From Planctomycetales bacterium (GTDB taxonomy: Bacteria; 4484-113): 64,000 bases of DNA. A program made the position numbers and the translations under genes. The stretch spans positions 295,249-359,248 of the forward strand of contig JBBIRS010000002.1 in assembly GCA_037441675.1 (NCBI GenBank), written 5' to 3'. The notes beneath the pieces are model-generated. The model saw only the letters and a list, made by a program, of their open reading frames with translations. It did not search any database and had not been told where the DNA came from. Shown here one piece after another: positions 21,117 to 30,928 of this stretch (position 1 is the stretch's first letter; each line of letters starts with the position of its first letter).

Positions 21117-22442
21117 GTGAAGCACGTCTGGCTTAAACTATTTCTAATAGCTGGAGATGTTGTAGGCATCTACCTCGTTTTGTTTATTACTATGCTGATT
21201 TCTGCATCCTCAGATAGAGCCTTTCTTTTATTAAATTTAGATTTTACCTCCACCTTTTCTTATTTAGTAATTTTAATAGTTGCCTTTGTTTTAGGAGGAT
21301 TATACAGGGATACGAGGATAAAGAGTGTTATTGAACATAGCGCTCATCTCATTAGCTCAATTACTGTTGCTGTTATCCTTATTTATACGTTTAATATGCT
21401 TGCTATCAGGCAATCAAAATCTGCGCAATTAAACCCCTTACTACTTGGTTTAATTATTCTTTTGATAAGCATTTTATGGAGATACATTTTTAACAAAATT
21501 TGTAATGTTTACAATCTCCAAGAAAGAGTAGCTCTAATTGGAAACGATCCTCTAATTGATAAGCTTGAACAAGCGTTAAAGAGCCATCAAGAGTTCGGTT
21601 ATAGATGCGTACTAAAGTTGCCCTCCTTTGAAGACGATGAAACGAAATCTCTGATACGTGCTAATAAGGTTGATACACTCGTGGTTGCAGAAAAGTACGT
21701 TGGAAATCCAATCAACAGTCAGCAGCTGACAGAGCTTTTAATGCCTAACGTTAGTTTTATTACCGCTACTAATTTCTATGAGAATAGTCTTAGAAGACTC
21801 CCGGTGAACCAAGTAAACGCGAGTTGGATATTAGAGGCAGTAGCGAAACACCCGAGACCCGGCTTTAGATTCATGAAGAGAATTTTTGATGTCATCCTTG
21901 GAACTGTGGGCCTCTTGTTGTCCCTTCCAGTGATTGCAATCGTCGCTATCTTTGTCAAAGCGGAAAGTAAGGGTCCTGCGCTTTACTTCCAGAAGAGAAC
22001 AGGCTTAGGAGGGAGCGTGTTTACCGCTATTAAAATTAGAACGATGATTGAAAATGCTGAAACCGAAGAGCCCCTTTGGGCTGAAGAAGGAGATGAGCGA
22101 GCAACGTTCATTGGGCGCTTGCTACGCAGAATAAGGGTTGACGAACTCCCGCAGTTTATTAACATCATCAAGGGAGAGATGAGTTTAATAGGTCCGCGTC
22201 CTGAAAGACCAGCACTTGAGCCAAAACTTGAAAGAGAAATTCCATTCTATAATTTGCGTTATTTGGTAAAACCTGGTCTTACGGGTTGGGCGCAGGTTAA
22301 TTATCACTACGGAGCTTCAGTTAAAGATGCGATTGAGAAATTGGAATACGATCTTTACTACATCATGCATCAATCGCTCCCCCTTGATATTGAAATTATT
22401 CTTAGAACCATCTGGATTGTGCTAAAGGCTAAAGGGCGGTAA
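21117..22442 (+). CDS. Polyprenyl glycosylphosphotransferase (initiating sugar transferase)
   Basis: N-terminal TM helices; KRIFD, KIRTM, DELPQ, GEMSLIGPRPE, KPGLTGWAQV, YDLYY. Confidence 0.93.
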   Translation: MKHVWLKLFLIAGDVVGIYLVLFITMLISASSDRAFLLLNLDFTSTFSYLVILIVAFVLGGLYRDTRIKSVIEHSAHLISSITVAVILIYTFNMLAIRQSKSAQLNPLLLGLIILLISILWRYIFNKICNVYNLQERVALIGNDPLIDKLEQALKSHQEFGYRCVLKLPSFEDDETKSLIRANKVDTLVVAEKYVGNPINSQQLTELLMPNVSFITATNFYENSLRRLPVNQVNASWILEAVAKHPRPGFRFMKRIFDVILGTVGLLLSLPVIAIVAIFVKAESKGPALYFQKRTGLGGSVFTAIKIRTMIENAETEEPLWAEEGDERATFIGRLLRRIRVDELPQFINIIKGEMSLIGPRPERPALEPKLEREIPFYNLRYLVKPGLTGWAQVNYHYGASVKDAIEKLEYDLYYIMHQSLPLDIEIILRTIWIVLKAKGR

Positions 22443-22445
22443 AGG

Positions 22446-23378
22446 TTGAGGATCCTCCTTACAGGTGGTGCAGGTTTCATAGGCTCACATATTACGGACG
22501 CCTATTTACGAGAAGGACATAGCGTAGCGGTTATTGACGATCTTACCAGCGGTAGCCTTGAGAATCTTAATCCACAAGCGAGCTTCTTCAAAGTAGATAT
22601 AAGATCCGAAGATGTCAAAGAGATATTTGAAAAGGTAAAACCGGAAGTGGTCAATCACCACGCGGCGTTCATAAGTGTTAGAAATTCCTTCGAACAACCC
22701 TATGAAACTTGTGATGTTAATGTTCTTGGAACGTTGAACTTATTAGAGTTATCTGTAAAGAATAACGTTAAACATTTCATATTCGCCTCCACAGGTGGTG
22801 CCCTTTATGGCGATGCAGAAGAGATTCCTACTAGTGAAGATGCGCCTCTTAAGCCTCTATCGCCCTATGCTCTTACTAAAGTAGTCGCTGAGGATAATAT
22901 AAGGCTTTTCTACCAAAGATATTCGCTTCCATACACGATTCTCCGCTATGGTAATGTATATGGTCCCAGACAGGATCCACACGGCGAAGCAGGGGTTGTA
23001 GCAATTTTCATTGGTAAACTCCTCAGAGGCGAATGCCTTCCTGTAAATGGTGATGGCAATCAAACAAGAGACTTTATATATGTTGATGACATTGTTAGGG
23101 CGAATCTGGCAATACTTACCTCTCCAAAGATGGAATGCTACAACCTGGGAACTTCTAAAGAGACAAGTGTGAATCAGATTATTGACGCCCTAGGGGAGGT
23201 TACGGAGAATAGAGTAGAAAGAATCTATCGCGAACCAGTCCAAGGTGAAGTAAGGAGGTCAGCCTTGTCAAGTAAGAAAGCCCTTCAAGACTTCAAATGG
23301 TTTGCAGAGACAGAGATTAGGGAAGGGCTAAGACGAACATATGCCTGGTTCAAAAATCGTAATGAGAATAAAAAATAG
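22446..23378 (+). CDS. NAD-dependent epimerase/dehydratase (GalE-like)
   Basis: TGGAGFIGSH, YALTK, RYGNVYGPRQ, GDGNQTRDF. Confidence 0.92.
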   Translation: MRILLTGGAGFIGSHITDAYLREGHSVAVIDDLTSGSLENLNPQASFFKVDIRSEDVKEIFEKVKPEVVNHHAAFISVRNSFEQPYETCDVNVLGTLNLLELSVKNNVKHFIFASTGGALYGDAEEIPTSEDAPLKPLSPYALTKVVAEDNIRLFYQRYSLPYTILRYGNVYGPRQDPHGEAGVVAIFIGKLLRGECLPVNGDGNQTRDFIYVDDIVRANLAILTSPKMECYNLGTSKETSVNQIIDALGEVTENRVERIYREPVQGEVRRSALSSKKALQDFKWFAETEIREGLRRTYAWFKNRNENKK

Positions 23379-23455
23379 CAACTATAATCCCACTCACTAG
23401 ATTAAGCAGGCTTACATTGATGGAAATATTCTCTTAAAAGCAGAGATATCGCAGG

Positions 23456-23828
23456 TGGTGGAGGTGGGGGGAGTCGAACCCCCGTCCCGGGAAGCTTTCG
23501 GATTAGTCTCTACGGTGATAGCTCACGATTTTTGCCTAACAAAATAGGCTCTTTCGCAAACTAAACGGTCCGTGAGCCAACGTTATAGTTTGCGGCAAGC
23601 CTTAATGTCCCCACGGAACAGCCACCTCCGTAGGCAAGTCCGCTTCTTTGCCCCAAACGTCCGCCACGGACACTCGGACGCTGAGGTGTCGCCACTTTCT
23701 TAGGCGACAGCGAGTTCAAAATTGTTGGCGCTTGATAGCGTCCCCACTGACTTTTTTGGTGGTCTCGTGGGCTTCCACCCACCGCAACCGCTCCGTCAAC
23801 TCTTCCGGTCAAAACCAAACCCACCCCC
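23456..23828 (-). ncRNA. ssrA: tmRNA; tag peptide ANNFELAVA
   Basis: 5' GGGGGUG pairs with 3' CACCUCC-ACCA including the G3.U wobble; T-arm GGGGGUUCGACUCCCCC; tag ORF GCC AAC AAT TTT GAA CTC GCT GTC GCC TAA at 23729-23700; TATAAT upstream at 23871-23866. Confidence 0.96.
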
Positions 23829-23923
23829 ATTTCAATGTGCACTGAGGAAGACAATCCTCATTAATATTATACCTAATCTAATGCCAATTAGGCTCTATTG
23901 CAAAATTTTAATCAACCCAATGA

Positions 23924-25096
23924 TTATTCCTTCAAGTTCTGCAGTCTTTCACATAAAAAACCAACTATTCGCTCTGCTGCCCTTCCGTCGCCGAAAGGGT
24001 TGTCCGCGTTTCGTGGAGGAATATGCCCTGCCCGAACTTGCTCAAGATTTTGTGATAATTCAGCCTCTATTCTTTCTGAATCTGTTCCTATTACTTTTAC
24101 AAAACCTGCGTTAACTGCCTCAGGGCGCTCAGTTTCTTTTCTTAAGACTAGAGTGAATTTCTTTAACCCACAAGCTTCTTCCTGAATGCCACCAGAATCC
24201 GTAACAACGAGTGCAGACCTATCCATCAAGTTTACAAAGGACACGTAATCAGGCGCAGGAATGAGTAAGACATTTGGCAAGTCATCAAATGTTGATCCTA
24301 AGCCATCTTTAAGAGTTGGATTGGGATGTAAAGCATATATCATCCCAGTCATTCTGTGCTCTTCAGCAAATTTCCTAAGACCAGCCTTAATCCTATTTAA
24401 GGGTTCACCCCAATTTTCTCTACGATGGGTGGTAACTGTTATAAACTCAGGATGTTTTTTGATGAAATGCTTAATCTTAGCATCAAACTCAAAAGGCATT
24501 CCTCTTGCCAGATTTAATGCATCAACCACCGTATTTCCAGAAACAATAATATTATCCGCCTCGAAATGCTCCTTTAATAGATTATTCCTCGCACCGTCGG
24601 TTGGGCAGAAGTGGTAGTCAGAAAGCTGGTCAATTAATCTTCTGTTAATCTCTTCTGGGTAAGGGATTAACCTGTCAGAAGTCCTAAGACCTGCTTCAAC
24701 GTGTCCAACTGGAACTTTGTTGTAGAAACCAGCTAGCGCTCCTGTGAGTGCAGTGGTAGTATCTCCTTGTACTAGTATGCAGTCAGGGCTTTCAGAACGA
24801 ATAATCTCCCCAAGGCGAGCAAGCGCGTTTGTAACTATTTGGTCAAGATGCTGACCTTCTTCCATTATATTCAGATCGTGAGCGGGCTTTACGTTGAATA
24901 GGGCTAAAACCTGATCAAGTAATTCTCTATGCTGACCTGTAACTATAAGTTGGTGGTTGAAGAGCTTTCTCCCCTGAGAAGAATTTTTGCCAGTTTGGTT
25001 GGGAAACCTTTGTGCATTTTCCAAAGCATAAATTACTGGAACCATTTTTATGGCTTCTGGACGAGTGCCGATAATTGACATCACCTTAATAGTCAC
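23924..25096 (-). CDS. wecB: UDP-N-acetylglucosamine 2-epimerase (non-hydrolysing)
   Basis: GTRPEAIKM, TGQHRE, VQGDTTT, HVEAGLRT, HRRENW, DSGGIQEEA, TERPE. Confidence 0.96.
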   Translation of the reverse strand: MTIKVMSIIGTRPEAIKMVPVIYALENAQRFPNQTGKNSSQGRKLFNHQLIVTGQHRELLDQVLALFNVKPAHDLNIMEEGQHLDQIVTNALARLGEIIRSESPDCILVQGDTTTALTGALAGFYNKVPVGHVEAGLRTSDRLIPYPEEINRRLIDQLSDYHFCPTDGARNNLLKEHFEADNIIVSGNTVVDALNLARGMPFEFDAKIKHFIKKHPEFITVTTHRRENWGEPLNRIKAGLRKFAEEHRMTGMIYALHPNPTLKDGLGSTFDDLPNVLLIPAPDYVSFVNLMDRSALVVTDSGGIQEEACGLKKFTLVLRKETERPEAVNAGFVKVIGTDSERIEAELSQNLEQVRAGHIPPRNADNPFGDGRAAERIVGFLCERLQNLKE

Positions 25097-25165
25097 AGAC
25101 CTGAGTATAACAGAATGTGAAGATGGAGAATAAATTCATTCTTATCTGAATTTATCTAATTCAAT

Positions 25166-25939
25166 TCAAAAGAGCTTAAAGACGATTGTATAGCCTATAG
25201 TAATGCGGAAATCCTCCGCTGAAGGGTTTAATCCCCAGATTCCTGCCATATCCCAGAACCCCTTATCTCCTTGCTTGGAGCGCAAACCGAGAAGAATGAA
25301 GTTCTGCGTCGGCTGGCGAGAGCTGTTTGTATGTCCGTTAAATTCAATGAGAAAGTTAGATTTTTCGTTTAAGGCTGTTTCCGCAGAGATGCCGTATTGA
25401 AAGATGTCATCCTGCCCTATAGACTGTGATGTCTTTTCCAGAATGCCAAGCCCAATATTGGCTGTCAGACGCGTCTTGCCAAACTTTCCCGTGAGCATTC
25501 CACGCCCATAAAAATCCGTAGTATCTGGGCCAAGACCCTTTCTTGTGTCTTGGGAAGGTAGCTTAACGCCAAATCCAAGAGCTATCTGCGGTAAAGAGCC
25601 TTCTCCATTGTGAACCTGAATCTTCGTCGCAAGGATAAGAGTCTCCACATCATAACCCATTTCCTTTCCATCCTCTATTGATTCCCCGAGATTAAAGAGA
25701 ACAATAGATTCAGCTATGCCTCCAAGCCCGATTTTCCAATATATCGCTGGAAGGCGAAATTGGTTCACCTTAGAGTTCACTATCGCATAATCTCCCCCAA
25801 GCCTCAATTCCGAAATTCCCTGGGGAAGAATTTCTGCTTCCTCGCTCCATAGAGGAGGCTGGGCGAAGGCTACCCGAAGCACATTTAGAAGAAAAACAAG
25901 AACTAGTATCGGAAGAAGGAAATAATCCACTAGCTTCAT
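25166..25939 (-). CDS. Putative outer-membrane beta-barrel (transporter-like)
   Basis: Signal peptide (AFA), alternating amphipathic strands, GVKLPS motif, C-terminal RITIGYTIVFKLF beta-signal. Confidence 0.65.
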   Translation of the reverse strand: MKLVDYFLLPILVLVFLLNVLRVAFAQPPLWSEEAEILPQGISELRLGGDYAIVNSKVNQFRLPAIYWKIGLGGIAESIVLFNLGESIEDGKEMGYDVETLILATKIQVHNGEGSLPQIALGFGVKLPSQDTRKGLGPDTTDFYGRGMLTGKFGKTRLTANIGLGILEKTSQSIGQDDIFQYGISAETALNEKSNFLIEFNGHTNSSRQPTQNFILLGLRSKQGDKGFWDMAGIWGLNPSAEDFRITIGYTIVFKLF

Positions 25940-26056
25940 AGATGGCTATTATACATTTACATAGTTTCATTAGCTTCTCCTGATCGATAGAAACTAGAGA
26001 ATACCCTTTAGTCCTTTTCTCTGAGCGTCGATTCGGTTTCTTGATAAAATCAAAGG

Positions 26057-26902
26057 GTGCAAATTTGGGATGACCTAATTTTACTCGCCTTAAGAGAAGA
26101 TATTGAGTGCGGCGACATAACCACGCTTGCGCTTTTTTCTGAGGAGCACAGGTGTCAAGGCAGCCTACTCGCAAAAGGTGTGGGAGTCGTTTCCGGAATG
26201 GATTTGTTTCAGCGGGTGTTTCAGCTCTTGGATGTTACCGCTACGATTGATGTAATCAAGCCCGATGCCTCTCAAGTTAAGGTGGGTGACGAAATCGCAA
26301 GAGTTGCTGGAAAGACGCAGGCGATTCTCGCCGGGGAGCGTGTCGCGCTAAACTTCCTGATGAGGATGAGCGGAATCGCAACTGCAACTTATAACCTGCA
26401 GGAAAGGCTTAAAGATAAGGGGCTTCCCATAAAAATTGCCGACACACGCAAGACGACACCCCTTTGGCGATACTGGGAAAAGAAGGCTGTGCGAGATGGG
26501 GGAGGAATGAACCATAGGACGGGGCTTTCTGATTCCTTCTTGATTAAAGATAACCACATCAAGCTTGCAAATGGTTCTGATGCGGCAGTCAGGAAGGTTC
26601 TATCACAACTTCGCCATATAGATACATTGGAAGTTGAGGTAACGGATATTTCTCAAATAGAACCGCTTCTGAGGCTTGGTGTCCAAACGATCCTCTTGGA
26701 TAATATGACACCTGATGACGTAAGGCAAGCGGTTAAGCTTATTGCAGGTAGAGCAAGGGTTGAGGTATCAGGTGGAATTACTCCTGAAAACATTGACGAG
26801 TATGCAATACCCGGTATACACGTTATCAGCAGTGGTTGGCTAACTCAATCGGCTCCTGCATTGAACTTTTCTCTTGAAATAACTAAGGAGGGTAATATCT
26901 AG
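26057..26902 (+). CDS. nadC: Nicotinate-nucleotide diphosphorylase (carboxylating)
   Basis: ERVALNFL..MSGIAT, DTRKTTP, NHRTGL, LIKDNH, LLDNM, EVSGGIT. Confidence 0.97.
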   Translation: MQIWDDLILLALREDIECGDITTLALFSEEHRCQGSLLAKGVGVVSGMDLFQRVFQLLDVTATIDVIKPDASQVKVGDEIARVAGKTQAILAGERVALNFLMRMSGIATATYNLQERLKDKGLPIKIADTRKTTPLWRYWEKKAVRDGGGMNHRTGLSDSFLIKDNHIKLANGSDAAVRKVLSQLRHIDTLEVEVTDISQIEPLLRLGVQTILLDNMTPDDVRQAVKLIAGRARVEVSGGITPENIDEYAIPGIHVISSGWLTQSAPALNFSLEITKEGNI

Positions 26903-27679
26903 GTGCTTCTAGCTTGCGATATTGGCAACACTAATATTGTTATCGGAGTATGGAAGGATCAGAACCTTGTGGCAAGGTTTCGTGTCCACACCAGGGTGGA
27001 TGCAACAAGTGATGAATACATCGCTACCATTTCCAACCTTCTCTCAGCTATACAGCTACCTTTAGAGAAATTTGATGGATGCGTTTTGAGCAGTGTAGTT
27101 CCACCACTTACCTCTGAACTGGTAAGCGCCCTCAAAAAAATTTCGCAGGTAGACGTTTTTGTCATATCACCTGGTATTAAAACTGGGCTTAACATCCTTT
27201 ATGATGACCCGCGAGAAGTGGGCGCTGACAGAATTGTTAATTCCGTTGCAGCTATCTCAATTGAAAAGCCTCCCTTGATAGTTGTAGATTTTGGAACCGC
27301 TACTACCTTTGATTTGATTACTCCGCCGGCTAATTACGTGGGAGGTGCAATTGCGCCTGGGCTCTTTATTTCCATGGAAGCCCTCATCAATAGAACCGCT
27401 AAATTACCAAAGGTGGAAATGTTTATTCCAGCTAGTGCCATTGGAGATAACACGGAAGATGCCATCAGAAGTGGTGTTATCTTAGGGCATAGCGTTATGG
27501 CTGATGGAATCATTGAACGGATAGAAAAGGAACGAAATATTCAGACTCGAGTAATAGCCACAGGGGGATTTGCAGAGCTAATTAAGAGCACCTCTAAAAG
27601 GATTGATAGGGTTGAACCAAATTTGACACTTCTCGGCCTAAAGATACTTTGGGAGAAAAACAAGATAACAAAATTATGA
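26903..27679 (+). CDS. coaX: Type III pantothenate kinase
   Basis: DIGNTN, VGADR, VDFGTATT, GGAIAPG, ATGG. Confidence 0.96.
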   Translation: MLLACDIGNTNIVIGVWKDQNLVARFRVHTRVDATSDEYIATISNLLSAIQLPLEKFDGCVLSSVVPPLTSELVSALKKISQVDVFVISPGIKTGLNILYDDPREVGADRIVNSVAAISIEKPPLIVVDFGTATTFDLITPPANYVGGAIAPGLFISMEALINRTAKLPKVEMFIPASAIGDNTEDAIRSGVILGHSVMADGIIERIEKERNIQTRVIATGGFAELIKSTSKRIDRVEPNLTLLGLKILWEKNKITKL

Positions 27680-27729
27680 TACAAGTAAAGAATAGTGCTT
27701 AAGGTAACCATTATTCAAAGGGAGAATCT

Positions 27730-27987
27730 ATGTTAGCTACCACTGAGTTTGAATTTAACCGGATAAATATAAATAAGTATGGAGAGATTTTCTTTGATGT
27801 AGACGGAAGTTACACTGATATGAGCGGTTTTATTATTGCGAGATTACTAGGAGAATTAGGCTTAATTGAGTATATAGACGAAGACAATCATGCGGATGGC
27901 AGTGAGTATGATGGCAAATACAGAAGGATTAGGTTAACCGCTGAAGTCGTTGAAGAAAGAGAAACTTTCGAATCAGGTAAAATGTGA
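27730..27987 (+). CDS. Small acidic hypothetical protein
   Basis: 85-aa ORF with SD AAGGGAG, directly after coaX; no recognisable family. Confidence 0.65.
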   Translation: MLATTEFEFNRININKYGEIFFDVDGSYTDMSGFIIARLLGELGLIEYIDEDNHADGSEYDGKYRRIRLTAEVVEERETFESGKM

Positions 27988-28116
27988 AGTCTATTAATTA
28001 GACTAAAGTATTATAGGTAAATATCCGTAAGCCTGACATATCAAAAAATGTTCTGCCAGCTCTTCAATTAGTAAATCGGAAATAAAGAACAATTGACGGT
28101 TCTTTCTCGTAAAGAT

Positions 28117-28795
28117 TTACTCTTTGAAGATGCTAACCTTCTCAGGTTCTTCTAGTTTCATTGGAGAGGTCTCTTTGAGATAATCTTCCAGACGTACATT
28201 CAATGGAAGTCTCAAAACAAAAATCTACACTACTCTGCCACTATAGAGAACGAAGGCAAGGTAATCCTTAGCACTCTGATATACGTATTGAGCGCATACC
28301 TTTCTGCCAAGCGAAATGGGGAATCACTTTATATTTAGCTTGGACATCTGACTTAGTAGAGCCAGGTGTTATTCCTTTCTTAGTCTTTATGCCTGGAGCA
28401 ATCTTTGGAAATTCTAAGGCAAATTTCTCAAGCTTCTCCTTGCTTAGAATCTCAGCAAAGTATTTTTTTTCTCAATTGATTCTCCTAGAGCGTAACGGGA
28501 GCGAGCGTATACCCTGTTTCTCAAAATAATCTTGTCAATTCTCTTATCCAAATCTATATCAGTAACTGTAGAACAAATTCCAGTTTCTCATCAGTAATTG
28601 TAGCGAAGCCTCACCACCACCGGAGGCACGTGCTGCAGGATAAATCTTTCTCAAGATTGGAACATTCTCATAGAATTGATCAATTCCCAAACCCAACTTA
28701 ATCCCCAGGCCAAAATCCTCATCCGAGTATTCGGAACGAGCACATTTGATTAATTGCAAAGCTAGAATAAGTAGTAGATAATTCCCAACCCTCAT
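28117..28795 (-). pseudogene. Frameshifted remnant of a secreted hypothetical protein
   Basis: Signal-peptide-like start, then protein-like segments in successive frames: TDIDLDKRIDKIILRNR; a shift at the T8 run near 28463-28470; GIKTKKGITPGSTKSDVQAKY; DYLAFVLYSGRVV*IFVLRLP. Confidence 0.55.
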
Positions 28796-28895
28796 ACTTT
28801 CTTTATTTTACAACCTTTAAGACATCGGGGGACAGGAAAATTTAGGACGAGAATAATTCCTTAGCCATGAGGATAAGGGGCAGGAGTGAGATATA

Positions 28896-28969
28896 TGGGT
28901 CGTCCTGGACTCGAACCAGGGACCTCGTCCTTATCAGGGACGCGCTCTAACCACCTGAGCTAACGACCC
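28896..28969 (-). tRNA. tRNA-Ile (GAT), CCA not encoded
   Basis: Acceptor GGGTCGT/ACGACCC-A, D-arm AGCTCAGGTGGTTAGAGC, anticodon arm CGTCC-CTGATAA-GGACG, T-arm CCTGGTTCGAGTCCAGG. Confidence 0.98.
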
Positions 28970-28978
28970 CACAATTAA

Positions 28979-29007
28979 AATATACCCCTAGTGTTTCCTA
29001 ATGTCAA
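28979..29007 (-). promoter_or_regulatory. Sigma70-type promoter of tRNA-Ile
   Basis: TTGACA-N17-TATATT ending 9 nt before the tRNA 5' end. Confidence 0.75.
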
Positions 29008-29305
29008 CGCTAAGCATCTCCCATTAAGGAAAACACAAAACATTAGAAGAAGGGATTTGTAGAGTAGCCATCAGGCTATTCTCAAGTTAGGACTTACTCT
29101 GAAGCGTACTTATTTCAGCCTAGATGCGAGTAGATGGGAACGGGAATACGCCTGCATTTTCAAAGTATCTTGCCACCCGAAAGTACCTTCCGAGAATGTA
29201 AGCATTTGCAACTGGAAAGGAGATAAAACGCCAGCTAACTCTTCCGTCATAAAGACCTAAACTTTTAGTCGTCCCATTCCATTAAAAGTTCTTATAATGA
29301 TATCC

Positions 29306-30217
29306 GTGCTTGTCTACCGCTATAAGTGTCCCGCGAAGATAAATCTTTCACTCTCAATCTTGAAGCGTGATGAGGCGAGTGGTCTTCATTTTCTAGATTC
29401 AGTGATTGCAAAGATTGACCTTTACGATGAGCTTAAGCTAATGGTGAGCCAAAGGAGTGGGCTTACACTCAAAATTTTTAAGGAGGTAACAGATCCCATA
29501 GGAACTGAAGCCCTAGAGAAGGAGAACACGATTCTAAAGGCGTATAACAAGCTAAATGAGGAACTTGACTATCCGCTTCCTGGGTTGAGCGTGGAGCTTA
29601 GAAAAAGAATTCCCGTAGGAACTGGACTTGGTGGCGCTAGTAGTGACGCCGCAGGATTCATAAAGCTCATTTACTTTCTTGCAAAGAAAACTAGTGCCCT
29701 TCCAGAAAAAGTGTCTACCGCTATTACAAACTTAGATTCAAGGAAAATTGAAAAGATAGCGTTTGAAGTCGGAGCAGATGTTCCCGCACTCTTGAAGGAT
29801 GGGACGGTGAGAATTCGTGGATTTGGAGAAATGGTAGAAAAAGTATCATTTCCAGGACTAAAGGAGTATCGTGTAGTTCTAGCAGTGCCCAAGATACGGT
29901 TCTCCACTGAAGAAATGTATAAAAACCTGCAATCTTTCTCTGGCTTCAATTGTACGGTTGACTTTATAGAGAACTGGGGTGGGCAAGGCATTGAGCAAGC
30001 CTTTATGGTCGCAAGAAATGATTTTGAGGAGATTGCTTTTTCTAAGTCGGCCGAAGTAAAAAGCATAGTGAATTTTCTTAAAAGTGCGGAATTTCCATTC
30101 GTCAGTCTAACCGGAAGTGGAAGCGCCGTGTATGCACTAGAGAAGCAACAGAATCCTTTACCAGTTGCTTTCCTGCCAAGTGGGGAACCTTTAACTAGAC
30201 ATAACTTTATAATTTAA
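29306..30217 (+). CDS. ispE: 4-diphosphocytidyl-2C-methyl-D-erythritol kinase
   Basis: PAKINLSL, KRIPVGTGLGGASSDAA, GADVP, NDFE, LTGSGS. Start placed at GTG 29306, 7 nt after TATAAT; the ORF track starts at 29297. Confidence 0.93.
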   Translation: MLVYRYKCPAKINLSLSILKRDEASGLHFLDSVIAKIDLYDELKLMVSQRSGLTLKIFKEVTDPIGTEALEKENTILKAYNKLNEELDYPLPGLSVELRKRIPVGTGLGGASSDAAGFIKLIYFLAKKTSALPEKVSTAITNLDSRKIEKIAFEVGADVPALLKDGTVRIRGFGEMVEKVSFPGLKEYRVVLAVPKIRFSTEEMYKNLQSFSGFNCTVDFIENWGGQGIEQAFMVARNDFEEIAFSKSAEVKSIVNFLKSAEFPFVSLTGSGSAVYALEKQQNPLPVAFLPSGEPLTRHNFII

Positions 30218-30246
30218 GAATATTTAACTAATTTATCGTAAATCAC

Positions 30247-30816
30247 CTATTTTTGCTTCGATACATCTGCCCGTCGCAATATCTCTTCAACCCAGTGCTT
30301 CATCATTTTGATACCGCCGTATATGACGAGCCCGGTCCCTATTGGTAGTTCCTTTCTTCCCCATATTAGCTGAATATAATTTGCGCCAATATACTTCCCG
30401 TAAAATAGACCTCTTCTTATCTCAACGTTTTGAATAATTGCATAAGGAATAAGAACCGAACTCCTTCCTAGATAAGGCTTGAATATGAGAGTTTCGGAGG
30501 CGAGCCATACGTGCCCCATACCCTTAGTTGAATGCCCTTTGCCAAGCAAGCAAATGGGCAGTCCTAAATATCTTGCGTTCTTAATATAGCTACCACCGAA
30601 GTATGCTCGAGTTTTTCCGAATGCTGAATCATTGGGAGCTTCAGGCTTAGGTAGATAGTCGGGTAAGGCAAATCTCGATAAACGGAAGCTCTGGCGCAGG
30701 TAATAAAATAAAAACAAAACAATAATACTCAAAAGTAAGAAAGCTACAGCAATGCTAATCAAGTCCTCTGCCTGTTCATCTTTGAGAGTAACTAGTAAAT
30801 TAAGCGAATCGTTCAT
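30247..30816 (-). CDS. Hypothetical single-pass membrane protein (possible PH-like cytoplasmic domain)
   Basis: One TM helix, then GMGHVWLASETLIFKP...VLIPYAIIQNVEI; SD GGAG. Confidence 0.7.
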   Translation of the reverse strand: MNDSLNLLVTLKDEQAEDLISIAVAFLLLSIIVLFLFYYLRQSFRLSRFALPDYLPKPEAPNDSAFGKTRAYFGGSYIKNARYLGLPICLLGKGHSTKGMGHVWLASETLIFKPYLGRSSVLIPYAIIQNVEIRRGLFYGKYIGANYIQLIWGRKELPIGTGLVIYGGIKMMKHWVEEILRRADVSKQK

Positions 30817-30928
30817 TCAAAAACTCGCTCCCCATCAAATATGGATAACAGAACTATGATCCTAAATCTTTCATAATGCTTCCTCAACTATAACATATAA
30901 GCAATGATTAGACCGTTATAATAGCTAC

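Noticed and set aside
23561..24185. ORF-track ORFs at 23561, 23648, 23722 and 23898
   Set aside because: They overlap the tmRNA or lie antisense to wecB, so they are shadow ORFs. Most other short antisense ORFs in the track were dismissed for the same reason.
24960..25020. Insertion of about 18 aa near the WecB N-terminus
   Set aside because: Short polar loop with all catalytic motifs intact; low significance.
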